This document shows positions 1 through 12,456 of a stretch of 64,000 bases of DNA, piece after piece. How positions within the stretch are numbered: the first letter of the stretch is position 1; the number at the start of each line of letters is the position of its first letter. The notes under the pieces are model-generated. The model searched no databases. It saw only the letters and a list, made by a program, of their open reading frames with translations, and was not told the origin of the DNA. Source of the DNA: Squalus acanthias (Eukaryota); the NCBI GenBank assembly GCA_030390025.1, contig CM059432.1, forward strand, positions 87,050,001 to 87,114,000, written 5' to 3'. The translations under genes and the position numbers were made by a program.

Positions 1-1786
1 TTCCTCTGGGAGGAAAAAACCTACCCAGCAAACCAAAGCTGTGTGGCTGCAACTGGCTCAGGAGGTGAGCTCCAGATCGATGTGCAGCAGAACCTGGCTG
101 CAGTGCCGAAAGAGGTTCAATGACCTTGTCCACACAGGAAAAGTGAGTAGACCATCACCTTTACCCTCATTCTGCTCTCAATCTCCTCTCAGCACCAGCA
201 CTCTGCATTGCCAACCTACTCCTACACATCCCACTTTATCCTTACATCCCTTGCACCCTTAAACATCCCTCTCTCTCTATGTACACAATCACTTCACTAT
301 TCGACTATGCAGCCCTCACACTCCCTATCACTGTGATGCTATGACAACAACTAACAGCACACAGGGAGGGCCCTTGGTCTTGGCACCTCACTCCATCTTT
401 GTCTCCTTCTAAGCATCTATGCTATGGATTCTCTACACTCACTCCTTCATTCTCACTCAAACTCCACTTGTGTCCCTCATTGCAGGAAAAGAGAGCCCAC
501 AATAAGAGGGAGAGGGCGACGACAGGAGGAGGGCCACCCTCAATAGCCCAGCTCACCAATGCATAGGAGGCGGCCCTGGAGATTGTGGGAGTGGAGGAGA
601 ATGCGCAAGTGGGGGACGGACAGATGGGCGCATCACAGCAAGCTGGTGAATGAATAGTTTTGCATGACATTGCATGAGTGACTGATAATGATTCTGATGC
701 TCTAACAGATTGACTTATGATCATCTGCACAATTCAATGTGCATGCAACCTTTATCTCACATGTCTAACTCTTTCCTTTACTCCCCCACAGGACCATCGA
801 CAGCCCCCCTCCCACTGTCCAGGAGGAAGAGCCTGAGCATGAAGACTCCTCAGAGGAACCTGCAACCTCTGAGGGCGCAGCGTCAGCAGAATTAAGCGCT
901 CCCAGCACCAGCGCAGATATGCACACGTCGGTGGGGCCTTCGGGAGATAGAGTAGTGTTGTCACCTGGTGTATCACAGCTCACAAGTGAGCATCAGCAGA
1001 TTGTGGAGACAAGGACAGCAGTGGAGAGTGCTCGTCGGAGGCTGCAGGACTCTCCCAGCTTGGCTCAGCTGCATGTGGACCCTGTGCCTCTGGGTCCATC
1101 CAGAAAGAGAGCGGTGCTGGAACTCCAGGAACAGGTGCAGGAGTCTCTGGCAGGTTTTGTCTCCAGGGTTACTGCGAGTGTAGAGAGGATGGAGAAGTCC
1201 AACTCTGGAAAGGTTGGCGATGGTAGAGGAGAGGATGGCTACGGCCATGGAGGAACTAAGTCGCCAGCGTCAGGAAAACATGGTGAATCTTCAGAATAGA
1301 CTGACATCTCTGGAGGAGCGATGGGCAGCTATTGAGCAGAGAAACCAGAGCTTCATGGAAGTCCTTTTGAGTAGGACTGCCAGTGTAGATACGGGTCCTC
1401 ATGGCCCCACTGATATGCAGCAAGGTGCTGTCAAGCCACTTACTAGCACTGAAGTGGGGCTGACCCATGAGAGGGATGTTGGTGGCAGGCAACAAGGAAG
1501 TGGGGGCGCCACTCCAGGTGCTCACACTCCCCAGCCACTAAGTAGCCCTCGGCCAGAGCCCCACCAGAGTCCACACCCAACTGAGATCGGCGTCTCAGCC
1601 CCTGCACAAAGGCAGGAGGAGCAGACTGTTGCCGAGCCCTCACAGGCTCACAAACCCAGAGGAGGCCCGCCAAAGGTGTCAAAGCAGGAGCAGCATGAAA
1701 GTGAGCAAGGTGCCTCCACATCTGCTGAAGCCACAGGGGAAGCACCATGTAGAAGCACGTGTAAGAGGAAGATAAAGCACGATTAG
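1..1786 (+). pseudogene. Harbinger Myb/SANT-like DNA-binding protein gene, 3 exons (<1-142, 486-645, 792-1786), disrupted
   Basis: Exon 1 encodes WLQLAQEVSSRSMCSRTWLQCRKRFNDL followed by a GTGAGT donor. Exon 2 encodes EKRAHNKRERATTGGGPP, is flanked by AG/GT and has an in-frame TAG. Exon 3 is acidic/coiled-coil, ends in KRKIKHD*, and has a frameshift near 1200. The structure matches the copy at 47064-48951. Confidence 0.85.
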
Positions 1787-2051
1787 TCACGAGGGTAGTC
1801 ACTTGGGTGTTATGTTCTGTTGTATTTATTTTTTGTCACAGCCATCCTTTTGTGCATTGAATAAACAGAGGTAATGGCAAACAGTTGAAGTTCTGTCCTA
1901 TGTGATGTGGGAAATGAAACTTGCACATTGAGGGCTTAGGGCGACTTGCATTTGTAATAATGGTGGTGAGATTGATAGGAATCCACAGGTTCTTGTCCAT
2001 TGTCTATGGTCTGAAAAGAAGGTGCCAGCCACATATGGTTGGTTCGTCTAC

Positions 2052-3266
2052 CTAAGTAAATCTGGCAAATATTAGTGCATCCCTTGCATCCCGGGCAGCA
2101 ATGTGCTCGTGTGCTGCTGCAGCTGGCTCACCCGCCCCCACAGGGTCCTCCTTCTCCTCCTCCTCCTCCTTCTCCTCATCTGAGGAGGCTATGCGCTGAC
2201 CCACTTGTTCCTCAGGCAGCTGCAAGCCACGATGCTGTGCGCTGTTGTGCAGTGCACAGCAGACCACGGCGATTCTGGAGACCCTGGCTGCTGAATACTG
2301 TATGGCTCCACCTGATCTGTCAAGGCATCTCAATCGCATCTTCAGCAAGCCGATGGTTTGCTCAATAATGGATCTGGTGGAAATGTGGCTGGCATTGTAG
2401 CGCTCCTCAGCTTCGTTCACTGGCCTCCTCAACAGCGTCATCAGCCACGTCTTCAGGGGATAGCCCTTGTTTCCAAGTAGCCATCCGGAAAGTTGGTTTG
2501 GCGAATTGAAGAGTGGAGGCACACTAGACCGGCGCAGGATGAACGAGTCATGGCAACTGCCAGGGTATTGGCGCAAACATGCAAAATGTCCTTCCAGCTG
2601 CACGTTGAGGGAGTGGAAGCCCTTGCGGTTCACAAATACAGCTGGGTTGTAATGGCGTGCCCTAAGGGCTACATGTGTGCAGTCTACGATGCCCTGCACC
2701 CTTGGCAAGCCTGCCATATTTGCAAATCCGACCACACGCATGGTTACACTTGCTTGATCCGTCGAGAAATGTATGTAATTGTGCGCCTTGGCAAAGAGGG
2801 CATTGGTTACCTGTGTGATGCAAGTGTGTGCGGCCGACTGGGAGATGCCGATGATGTCTGCTGATGAGCCCTGGAAGGACCCTGAAGCAAAAAAATTGAG
2901 TGCGGTGGTAACTTTGACAGCCACTGGTAAGGGGTGTCCACCCGTTCCTCTGGGCTCCAGGTGTTGGTGCAGCATTGTGCAGATGTCACCGACTACCTCT
3001 CGCGAAAGTCTCAGCCTCCTGTGGCACTGCTGCTCACTCATGTTTAGGAAGCTGCTCCTCGGCCTGTAAACCCTGTGTTGGGGGTATCTCCTGTGGCGAC
3101 GTGCTTCCCTGCACTGATGCCTTCTGCCCTGTGCAGCTTCAGGTGGCTGAGCAGCAGGTTGGCGCTCCTGTTGTTGCTGCTGCTGTTGTGCCTGGTTCTG
3201 CTGCTGCTGTGGCTGCTCTTCCTCCGAATCTGAGGACCAGGATGAAAGGAAATAAATGGTTCCCAT
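2052..3266 (-). CDS. Harbinger (HARBI1-like) DDE transposase, 404 aa, open frame but probably inactive
   Basis: Motifs [62 protein letters not shown]. The LLGD aspartate is N, and residues are missing after NVQL. Confidence 0.9.
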   Translation of the reverse strand: MGTIYFLSSWSSDSEEEQPQQQQNQAQQQQQQQERQPAAQPPEAAQGRRHQCREARRHRRYPQHRVYRPRSSFLNMSEQQCHRRLRLSREVVGDICTMLHQHLEPRGTGGHPLPVAVKVTTALNFFASGSFQGSSADIIGISQSAAHTCITQVTNALFAKAHNYIHFSTDQASVTMRVVGFANMAGLPRVQGIVDCTHVALRARHYNPAVFVNRKGFHSLNVQLEGHFACLRQYPGSCHDSFILRRSSVPPLFNSPNQLSGWLLGNKGYPLKTWLMTLLRRPVNEAEERYNASHISTRSIIEQTIGLLKMRLRCLDRSGGAIQYSAARVSRIAVVCCALHNSAQHRGLQLPEEQVGQRIASSDEEKEEEEEKEDPVGAGEPAAAAHEHIAARDARDALIFARFT

Positions 3267-4712
3267 GCTGCTGGTAGATTTCTCAGTTGAGGAAGCGCTC
3301 AGTCAATGTGGGGAGAGGGTTTTCCCAGGAGGCCACACTGGAGATGGATCTCAGCTTCGCCACTTCCAAAATCAGTGGACCTGCAAAAAGTTTGCCAAGA
3401 CCTGAAAAAACAAAGTTCTCCCACCTACAAGTGATCCTTGTTGAAGCTCCGTTTTTATGCTGGAGCTGCTGCTGTCAGGAAGCCAGCCACTTGTGAACCT
3501 GCCACAATTAGCTGGCATGGTTTGGTAGCAACGTGGAACACGCTGAAAATGTGGTAAAATGTAAAAGGTCAGGCAAAATAGGATTAAACAGGGAGTTAAC
3601 AACCAGTTAACTGCCTTAAGGGCCTATCCCACCGTTTGGTGGCGGGACCGACCGGGAATCTGCGAGCCCGACTTTGGAAAAGTTGGACGGAGGTGGGTTG
3701 ACGGCGGGATTGGAACCCGCTGGCATTTTTTTCAAATTTACCGCCTGACCCGCCTCCAACCCCGCCCCCTGAGCGCCGGCAAAATCGAGCCCTATATTTC
3801 TGACATTATCTTGTAATACACACCCTGCCTGCATAACTCCTATATGCCACGGAGTGACTCACACCTTCCATCCTGCGGATGTGGTTGTGCAGCATGATGC
3901 CATTGCACACAACACTCCTGTGCAATTCCAAATAACTGAAATCTTCCAGTGACTGTTAGGGAAATTTCCATCTTCTGTGGGATCATCAGAATTCCTTTTG
4001 TGTGTTCTGTTGCCAAGACAGATACAGACAGGAATCTATTTACTTTATGGCATAACACAGTCGAGTTTGTGAGATATTTCTATGAGGTCAACACAATTGT
4101 ACTGCATGCAAATGATATGTTCTTTCCACTAGTAGTGCCAGCATTTGCTTCCTGCAACTAAGAAGGGTATCGGGGGAATATCAATATGCCATTTCAGGCA
4201 CCATCACAGTTATTTTATTTTAAATGAAGGGCAGAGTTGGCACATTGGCTTTTGACTTCTTGCCAAACATCGCATCACTTGGAATCATAAATTTAAAACA
4301 AGTTATTCCTTCCCATCACCCTTCACACTGTTTTAAATAGATTTCCTGGTTACTGCTGTGTTCGGTTGATCTCGGGAGCAGATTTCTGCCCTCTGCAGCA
4401 TTCTTGGATTTTTTTTTCAGAAGGATTTTCCTGCAAATGTATGAGTTTGAACATGCCAAGAAAAAGAATGATAATAAAACTGTTTCCATATATTTTGAAC
4501 TTGTTCTTACTTGTGTCCATACATTTTTTTTACCCTAAAATGTTAATATTATATTTAAAACCTACTGGGGGTTCTGCCCTGCAAGTGCAATGGACAAGGC
4601 CGTAAACCCAGTCCCAAATTGCAGAGATGTCATTTCCACAGTCGGGGCAGGGTGTTGGTCCCTACAAGGGCGCTTCAGTGGCATCGGCCTAATCTATCTT
4701 GTTAAGGTGAAC

Positions 4713-5180
4713 AAACTCTGTTCTCCAGCCACCAACTCCCTCCCTCTCCCTGGCAACTGTCTGAGGCTGAACCAGACTGTTTGCAACCTTGGTGTCATAT
4801 TTGACCCTGAGATGAGCTTCCAACCCCATATCCATGCCATCACCAAGACCGCCTATTTCCACCTCCGTAACATCGTCCGTCTCCGCCCCTGCCTCAGCTC
4901 ATCTGATGCTGAAACCCTCATCCATGCCTTTGTTACCTCTAGACTTGACTATTCCATTGCACTTCTGGCCAGCCTCCCACATTCTACCCTACGTAAACTT
5001 GAGGTGATCCAAAACTCTGCTGCCTGTGTCCTAACCCGCACCAAGTCACCCCATCACTCCTGTGCTCGCTGACCTACATTGGTTAAGCAATGCCTCGATT
5101 TAAAAATTCTCACCATTGTTTTCAAATCCCTCCATGGCCTCACCCCTCCCTACCTCTATAATCTCCTCCAGCCCCACAAC
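4713..5180 (+). mobile_element. L2-clade LINE, 5'-truncated, left part (split by the hAT-like insertion)
   Basis: Encodes NLGVIFD..., AYFHLRNI.RLRP, LIHAFVTSRLDY, QNSAA. Collinear with the L2 copy at about 35655-36130. Confidence 0.9.
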
Positions 5181-5529
5181 CACTGTTACCCCTAAGCTGC
5201 GCGGTTCCCTCGAGGCTGCCACGCACCAGGTGTTGCAGGCCACGCAGTCCCACTGGTGCGGGCTCCATCATGCAGGCGCTCTTTTTAATTGTGTCCCACA
5301 GGCTCGTTCTTTAGGCCCGCTGGAGCGGGCTTCGGCACCAGCGCACTGGAATCCGCTACAGGTCTGACCCTGACCCTGAGGTACTGCCTGTCAATGCTGA
5401 TTATCCACACCACCATTCCTGTGGTCTAATGCGCGCGGTATCCCAGCGTGGTCACATTTTCTTCAGCTCCATGGGAGAACTGGATTCGCTAGTGGCTGGG
5501 GGGAGAAGAGAGGATCGAAAGGGGGTGTG

Positions 5530-6123
5530 GGGAGAGAGAGAGTGGGGAGAGAGAAACAGACTGGGAGAGAGAGAGAGAGACGGGGGGAGAGAGAGGCTGG
5601 GAGAGAGAGAGAGAGACGGGGAGAGAGAGAGACTGGAGGGGAGAGAGAGAATGGGGGGGAGAGAGAGAGAATGGGAGAGAGAGAGAGAGACTGGGGGTGA
5701 GAGAGAGAGACTGGGGGGAGAGAGAGAGAATGGGAGAGAGAGAGAGAGAGAGAGAAAGACTGGGGGTGAGAGAGAGAGAGACTGGGGAAGAGAGAGAGAG
5801 AGAGAGAGACTGGGGGAGAGAGACTGGGAGAGAGAGAGACCAGGGGAGAGAGACTGGGGAAGAGAGAGAGAGAGAGACTGGGGGAGAGACCAGGGGAGAG
5901 AGAGAGACTGGGAGAGAGAGGGAGTGAGACTGGGGAAGAGAGAGAGAGAGAGAGAGACTGGGGGAGAGAGAGAGAGACTGGGGAAGAGAGAGAGAGAGAG
6001 AGACCAGGGGGAGAGAGAGACTGGTGGGGGAGTGAGAGACTGGGAGAGTGAGAGAGACTGGGCAAGAGAGAGTGACTGGAGAGAGAGTGAGAGACTGGAG
6101 AGAGAGACTGGAGAGAGCTAGGC

Positions 6124-6158
<35 letters not shown>

Positions 6159-9100
6159 GAGAGAGAGAGACTGCAGAGAGAGAGAGACTGGAGAGAGTGA
6201 GAGAGAGAGACTGGAGAAAGCTAGGCTGGAGAGAGAGAGAGAGAGACTGGAGAGAGTGAGAGACTGGAGAGAGAGAGAGACTGGAGAGAGAGAGAGACTG
6301 GAGAGAGAGACTGGAGAGAGCTAGGCTGGAGAGAGAGAGAGAGAGAGACTGGAGACAGAGACTGGAGAGAGAGAAAGGCGGGGGAAGAGAGAAAGACTTG
6401 GGGGGAGAGAGAGACTGGGGAGAGAGAGAGAGGCGGGGAAGAGGAGAAAGACTTGGGGGGAGAGAGAGACTGGGGAGAGAGAGAGAGACTGGGAGAGTGG
6501 GAGAGAGACGGGGGTGAGAGAGAGAGAGACTGGGAGAGTGGGAGAGAAACGGGGGAGAGAGAGAGACTGGGAGAGTGGGAGAGAGAGAGACTGGGGAGAG
6601 AGAGAGAGTCTGGGAGAGTGGAAGAGAGACGGGGTAGAGAGAGGGACTGGCAGAGTGGGAGAGAGAGAGACTGGGGAGAGAGAGAGAGTCTGGGAGAGTG
6701 GGAGAGAGACGGGGGAGAGAGAGAGAGACTGGGAGAGTGGGAGAGAGACTGGGAGAGTGGGAGAGAGACTGGGAGAGTGGGGGAGAGACGGGAGAGAGAG
6801 AGAGAGAGAGAGAGAGACTGGGAGAGTGGGAGAGAGACGGGGGAGAGAGAGACTGGGAGAGAGAGAGAGACTGGGGGGAGAGAGAGAGCGAGAGACTGGG
6901 AGAGAGAGAGAGAGACTGGGCAAGAGAGAGTGACTGGGGAGAGAGAGAGAGAGAGACTGGGAGAGAGAGAGAGACTGGGGAGAGAGAGAGAGAGACTGGA
7001 GAGAGAGAGAGACTGGAGAGAGGGAGAGAGAGACTGGAGAGAGAGAGAGACTGGAGAGAGAGAGAACGAGACTGGAGAGAGAGAGAGACTGGAGAGAGAC
7101 AGACTTTGAGAGAGAGAGAGAGACTGGAGAGAGAGAGTGACTGGAGAGTAAGAGAGACTGGAGAGAGAGAGAGAGACTGGAGAGAGAGAGCGAGACTGGG
7201 TAGAGAGAGAGACTGGAGAGAGTGAGAGAGACTGGAGAGAGAGAGAGAGACTGGAGAGAGAGAGACTGGAGAGATAGAGAGACTGGAGAGAGAGAGAGAC
7301 TGGAGAGAGAGTGAGAGACTGGAGAGAGAGAGAGAGACTGGAGAGAGAGAGAGAGACTGGAGAGAGAGAGAGAGACTGGAGAGAGAGAGAGAGAGACTGG
7401 AGAGAGAGAGCGAGACTGGAGAGTGAGAGGGAGAGACTGTGGAGAGAGAGAGACTGGAGAGAGAGAGAGACTGGAGAGAGAGAGAGAGACTGGAGAGAGA
7501 GAGACTGGGGAGAGAGAGACTGGAGAGAGAGAGACTGGAGAGAGAGAGAGAGAGACTGGAGAGAGACAGAGAGAGACTGGAGAGAGAGAGTGAGACTGGA
7601 GAGAGTGAAATGAGAGAGAGAGAGACTGGGGAGAGAGAGAGACTGGAGAGAGAGAGAGAGAGAGAGACTGGAGAGAGAGAGACTGGAGAGAGACAGAGAC
7701 TGGAGAGAGAGAGAGACTGGAGAGTGAGAGAGAGACTGGGGAGAGAGAGAGACTGGAGAGAGAGCGAGAGACTGGGGAGAGAGAGACTGGAGAGAGAGAG
7801 AGAGACACTGGAGAGAGAGAGAGAGAGACTGGAGAGAGAGAGAGACTGGTGAGAGAGAGAGAGAGAGACTGGAGAGAGATGGAGAGAGACTGGGGAGAGA
7901 GAGAGACTGGAGAGAGAGAGAGAGACTGGGGAGAGAGAGAGACTGGAGAGATAGAGAGACTGGAGAGAGAGAGAGAGACTGGAGAGAGAGAGAGAGAGAG
8001 ACTGGAGAGAGAGAGAGAGACTGGAGAGAGAGAGAAAGAGAGAGAGAGAGAGACGGGAGAGAGAGAGACTGGAGAGAGTGACTGTAGAGAGAGAGAGAGA
8101 CTGCGGAGAGAGAGAGACTGGAGAGAGTGAGAGACTGGGGAGAGAGAGAGAGACTGGAGAGAGGAAAGAGAGAGAGAGAGACGGGGGAGAGAGAGACTGG
8201 AGAGAGAGAGAGAGACTGGGAGAGAGAGAAAGACTGGAGAGAGAGAGAGACTGGAGAGAGAGAGAGAGAGACTGGGGAGAGAGAGAAAGACTGGAGAGAG
8301 AGAGACTGGAGAGAGAGACGGGAGAGAGAGAGAGAGAGAGAGAGACTGAGAGAGAGAGAGAGAGAGACTGGAGAGAGAGAGACTGGAGAGAGAGAGAGAC
8401 TGGAGAGAGAGAGAGACTGGAGAGTGAGAGAGAGAGACTGGGGAGAGAGAGACTGGAGAGAGAGAGAGACTGGAGAGAGAGAGAGACTGGAGAGAGAGAG
8501 ACTGGAGAGAGAGAGAGAGACTGGAGAGAGAGAGAGAGACTGGAGAGAGAGAGAGAGATACTGGAGAGAGAGAGAGACTGGAGAGAGAGAGCGAGACTGG
8601 AGAGAGAGAGAGAGACTGGAGAGAGATGGAGAGAGACTGGGGAGAGAGAGAGACTGGAGAGAGAGAGAGAGACTGGGGAGAGAGAGAGACTGGAGAGATA
8701 GAGAGACTGGAGAGAGAGAGAGAGAGAGAGAGACTGGAGAGAGAGAGAGAGAGAGACTGGAGAGTGAGAGAGAGACTGGAGAGAGAGAGAAAGAGAGAGA
8801 GAGAGAGACTGGAGAGAGAGAGACTGGAGAGAGTGACTGGAGAGAGAGAGACTGCGGAGAGAGAGAGACTGGAGAGAGAGAGAGACTGGGGAGAGAGAGA
8901 GAGACTGGAGAGAGGAAAGAGAGAGAGAGAGACTGGGGGAGAGAGAGACTGGAGAGAGAGACAGAGACTGGGAGAGAGAGAAAGAGAGACTGGAGAGAGA
9001 GAGAGACTGGAGAGAGAGAGAGAGAGACTGGAGAGAGAGAGAGAGACTGGAGAGAGAGAGAGAGAGACTGGGGAGAGAGAGAAAGACTGGAGAGAGAGAG

Positions 9101-12100
9101 ACTGGAGAGAGAGAGAGACTGGAGAGAGAGAGTGACTGGAGAGAGTGAAAGAGACTGGAGAGAGAGAAAGTCTGGAGAGAGAGATAGAGAGACTGGAGAG
9201 AGAGAGAGACTGGAGAGAGAGAGAGAGACTGGAGAGAGAGAGAGAGAGACTGGAGAGAGAGAGAGAGACTGGAGAGAGAGAGAGACTGGAGAGAGAGAGA
9301 GACGGGGAGAGAGAGAGACTGGAGAGAGAGAGAGACTGGAGAGAGAGAGAGAGAGAGAGACTGGAGAGAGTGAGAGAGAGAGAGACTGGCGAGAGAGAGA
9401 GAGAGACTGGAGAGAGAGAGAGACTGGAGAGAGAGAGACAGCAGAGAGAGAAAGACTGGAGAAGGAGAGAGAGAGACTGGAGAGAGAGAGAGAGACTGGA
9501 GAGAGAGAGAGAGACTGGGGAAGAGAGAGAGACTGGAGAGAGCAGGAGAGAGACTGGAGAGAGAGAGAGAGACTGGAGAGAGAGAGAGAGACTGGAGAGA
9601 GAGAGAGAGAGACTGGAGAGAGAGAGACCGAGACTGGAGAGAGAGAGAGAGACTTTGAGAGATAGAGAGGCTGGGGGAGAGAGATAGACTGGAGAGAGAG
9701 AGAGACTGGAGAGAGAGAGTGACTGGAGAGAGAGAGAACGAGACTGGAGAGAGAGAACGAGACTGGAGAGAGAGAGAGAGACTGGAGAGAGAGAGAGACT
9801 GGAGAGTAAGAGAGACTGGAGAGAGAGAGAGAGACTGGAGAGAGAGAGCGAGACTGGAGAGAGAGAGAGAGAGACTGGAGAGTGAGAGAGACTGGAGAGA
9901 TAGAGAGAGACTGGAGAGAGAGAGAGACTGGAGAGAGAGAGAGAGACTGGAGAGATAGAGAGAGACTGGAGAGAGAGAGAGACTGGAGAGTGAGAGAGAG
10001 ACTGGGGAGAGAGAGAGACTGGAGAGAGAGAGTGAGACTGGGGAGAGAGAGACTGGAGAGAGAGAGAGAGACACTGGAGAGAGAGAGAGAGAGACTGGAG
10101 AGAGAGAGAGACTGGAGAGAGAGAGAGAGAGAGACTGGAGAGAGATGGAGAGAGACTGGGGAGAGAGAGAGACTGGAGAGAGAGAGAGAGACTGGGGAGA
10201 GAGAGAGACTGGAGAGATAGAGAGACTGGAGAGAGAGAGAGAGACTGGAGAGAGAGAGAGAGAGAGACTGGAGAGAGAGAGAGAGACTGGAGAGAGAGAG
10301 AAAGAGAGAGAGAGAGACGGGAGAGAGAGAGACTGGAGAGAGTGACTGTAGAGAGAGAGAGAGACTGCGGAGAGAGAGAGACTGGAGAGAGTGAGAGACT
10401 GGGGAGAGAGAGAGAGACTGGAGAGAGGAAAGAGAGAGAGAGAGACGGGGGAGAGAGAGACTGGAGAGAGAGAGAGAGACTGGGAGAGAGAGAAAGACTG
10501 GAGAGAGAGAGAGACTGGAGAGAGAGAGAGAGAGACTGGGGAGAGAGAGAAAGACTGGAGAGAGAGAGACTGGAGAGAGAGACGGGAGAGAGAGAGAGAG
10601 AGAGAGAGACTGGAGAGAGAGAGAGAGAGAGACTGGAGAGAGAGAGACTGGAGAGAGAGAGAGACTGAGAGAGAGAGAGACTGGAGAGTGAGAGAGAGAG
10701 ACTGGGGAGAGAGAGACTGGAGAGAGAGAGAGACTGGAGAGAGAGAGAGACTGGAGAGAGAGAGACTGGAGAGAGAGAGAGAGACTGGAGAGAGAGAGAG
10801 AGACTGGAGAGAGAGAGAGAGAGATACTGGAGAGAGAGAGAGACTGGAGAGAGAGAGCGAGACTGGAGAGAGAGAGAGAGACTGGAGAGAGATGGAGAGA
10901 GACTGGGGAGAGAGAGAGACTGGAGAGAGAGAGAGAGACTGGGGAGAGAGAGAGACTGGAGAGATAGAGAGACTGGAGAGAGAGAGAGAGAGAGAGAGAC
11001 TGGAGAGAGAGAGAGAGAGAGACTGGAGAGTGAGAGAGAGACTGGAGAGAGAGAGAAAGAGAGAGAGAGAGAGACTGGAGAGAGAGAGACTGGAGAGAGT
11101 GACTGGAGAGAGAGAGACTGCGGAGAGAGAGAGACTGGAGAGAGAGAGAGACTGGGGAGAGAGAGAGAGACTGGAGAGAGGAAAGAGAGAGAGAGAGACT
11201 GGGGGAGAGAGAGACTGGAGAGAGAGACAGAGACTGGGAGAGAGAGAAAGAGAGACTGGAGAGAGAGAGAGACTGGAGAGAGAGAGAGAGAGACTGGAGA
11301 GAGAGAGAGAGACTGGAGAGAGAGAGAGAGAGACTGGGGAGAGAGAGAAAGACTGGAGAGAGAGAGACTGGAGAGAGAGAGAGACTGGAGAGAGAGAGTG
11401 ACTGGAGAGAGTGAAAGAGACTGGAGAGAGAGAAAGTCTGGAGAGAGAGATAGAGAGACTGGAGAGAGAGAGAGACTGGAGAGAGAGAGAGAGACTGGAG
11501 AGAGAGAGAGAGAGACTGGAGAGAGAGAGAGAGACTGGAGAGAGAGAGAGACTGGAGAGAGAGAGAGACGGGGAGAGAGAGAGACTGGAGAGAGAGAGAG
11601 ACTGGAGAGAGAGAGAGAGAGAGAGACTGGAGAGAGTGAGAGAGAGAGAGACTGGCGAGAGAGAGAGAGAGACTGGAGAGAGAGAGAGACTGGAGAGAGA
11701 GAGACAGCAGAGAGAGAAAGACTGGAGAAGGAGAGAGAGAGACTGGAGAGAGAGAGAGAGACTGGAGAGAGAGAGAGAGACTGGGGAAGAGAGAGAGAGA
11801 CTGGAGAGAGCAGGAGAGAGACTGGAGAGAGAGAGAGAGACTGGAGAGAGAGAGAGAGACTGGAGAGAGAGAGAGAGAGACTGGAGAGAGAGAGAACGAG
11901 ACTGGAGAGAGAGAGAGAGACTTTGAGAGATAGAGAGGCTGGGGGAGAGAGATAGACTGGAGAGAGAGAGAGACTGGAGAGAGAGAGTGACTGGAGAGAG
12001 AGAGAACGAGACTGGAGAGAGAGAACGAGACTGGAGAGAGAGAGAGAGACTGGAGAGAGAGAGAGACTGGAGAGTAAGAGAGACTGGAGAGAGAGAGAGA

Positions 12101-12423
12101 GACTGGAGAGAGAGAGCGAGACTGGAGAGAGAGAGAGAGAGACTGGAGAGTGAGAGAGAGACTGGAGAGATAGAGAGAGACTGGAGAGAGAGAGAGACTG
12201 GAGAGAGAGAGAGAGACTGGAGAGATAGAGAGAGACTGGAGAGAGAGAGAGACTGGAGAGAGAGAGAGACTGGAGAGAGAGAGCAAGACTGGAGAGAGAG
12301 AGAGAGACTGGAGAGAGAGAGAGAGACTGGAGAGAGAGAGAGAGACTGGAGAGAGAGAGAGAGAGAGAGACTGGAGAGAGAGAGAGACTGGAGAGAGAGA
12401 GACTGGAGAGAGTGAGAGAGACT

Positions 12424-12456
<33 letters not shown>

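Larger units (their letters stand above)
1..3792. mobile_element. PIF/Harbinger DNA transposon, copy 1 (left end lies outside the window)
   Basis: Convergent Myb/SANT gene (+) and DDE transposase (-). GC-rich subterminal region with AACCCGCC-type motifs ends in ...GGCAAAATCGAGCCC (reverse complement GGGCTCGATTTTGCC), resembling the other Harbinger termini in this window. Confidence 0.9.

Noticed and set aside
2052..3266. Host HARBI1 gene
   Set aside because: It lies within a TIR-bounded element next to a Myb partner, has related copies nearby and carries lesions, so it is transposon-encoded.
3949..4605. Short ORFs as host exons
   Set aside because: No convincing donor sites or recognisable protein motifs.
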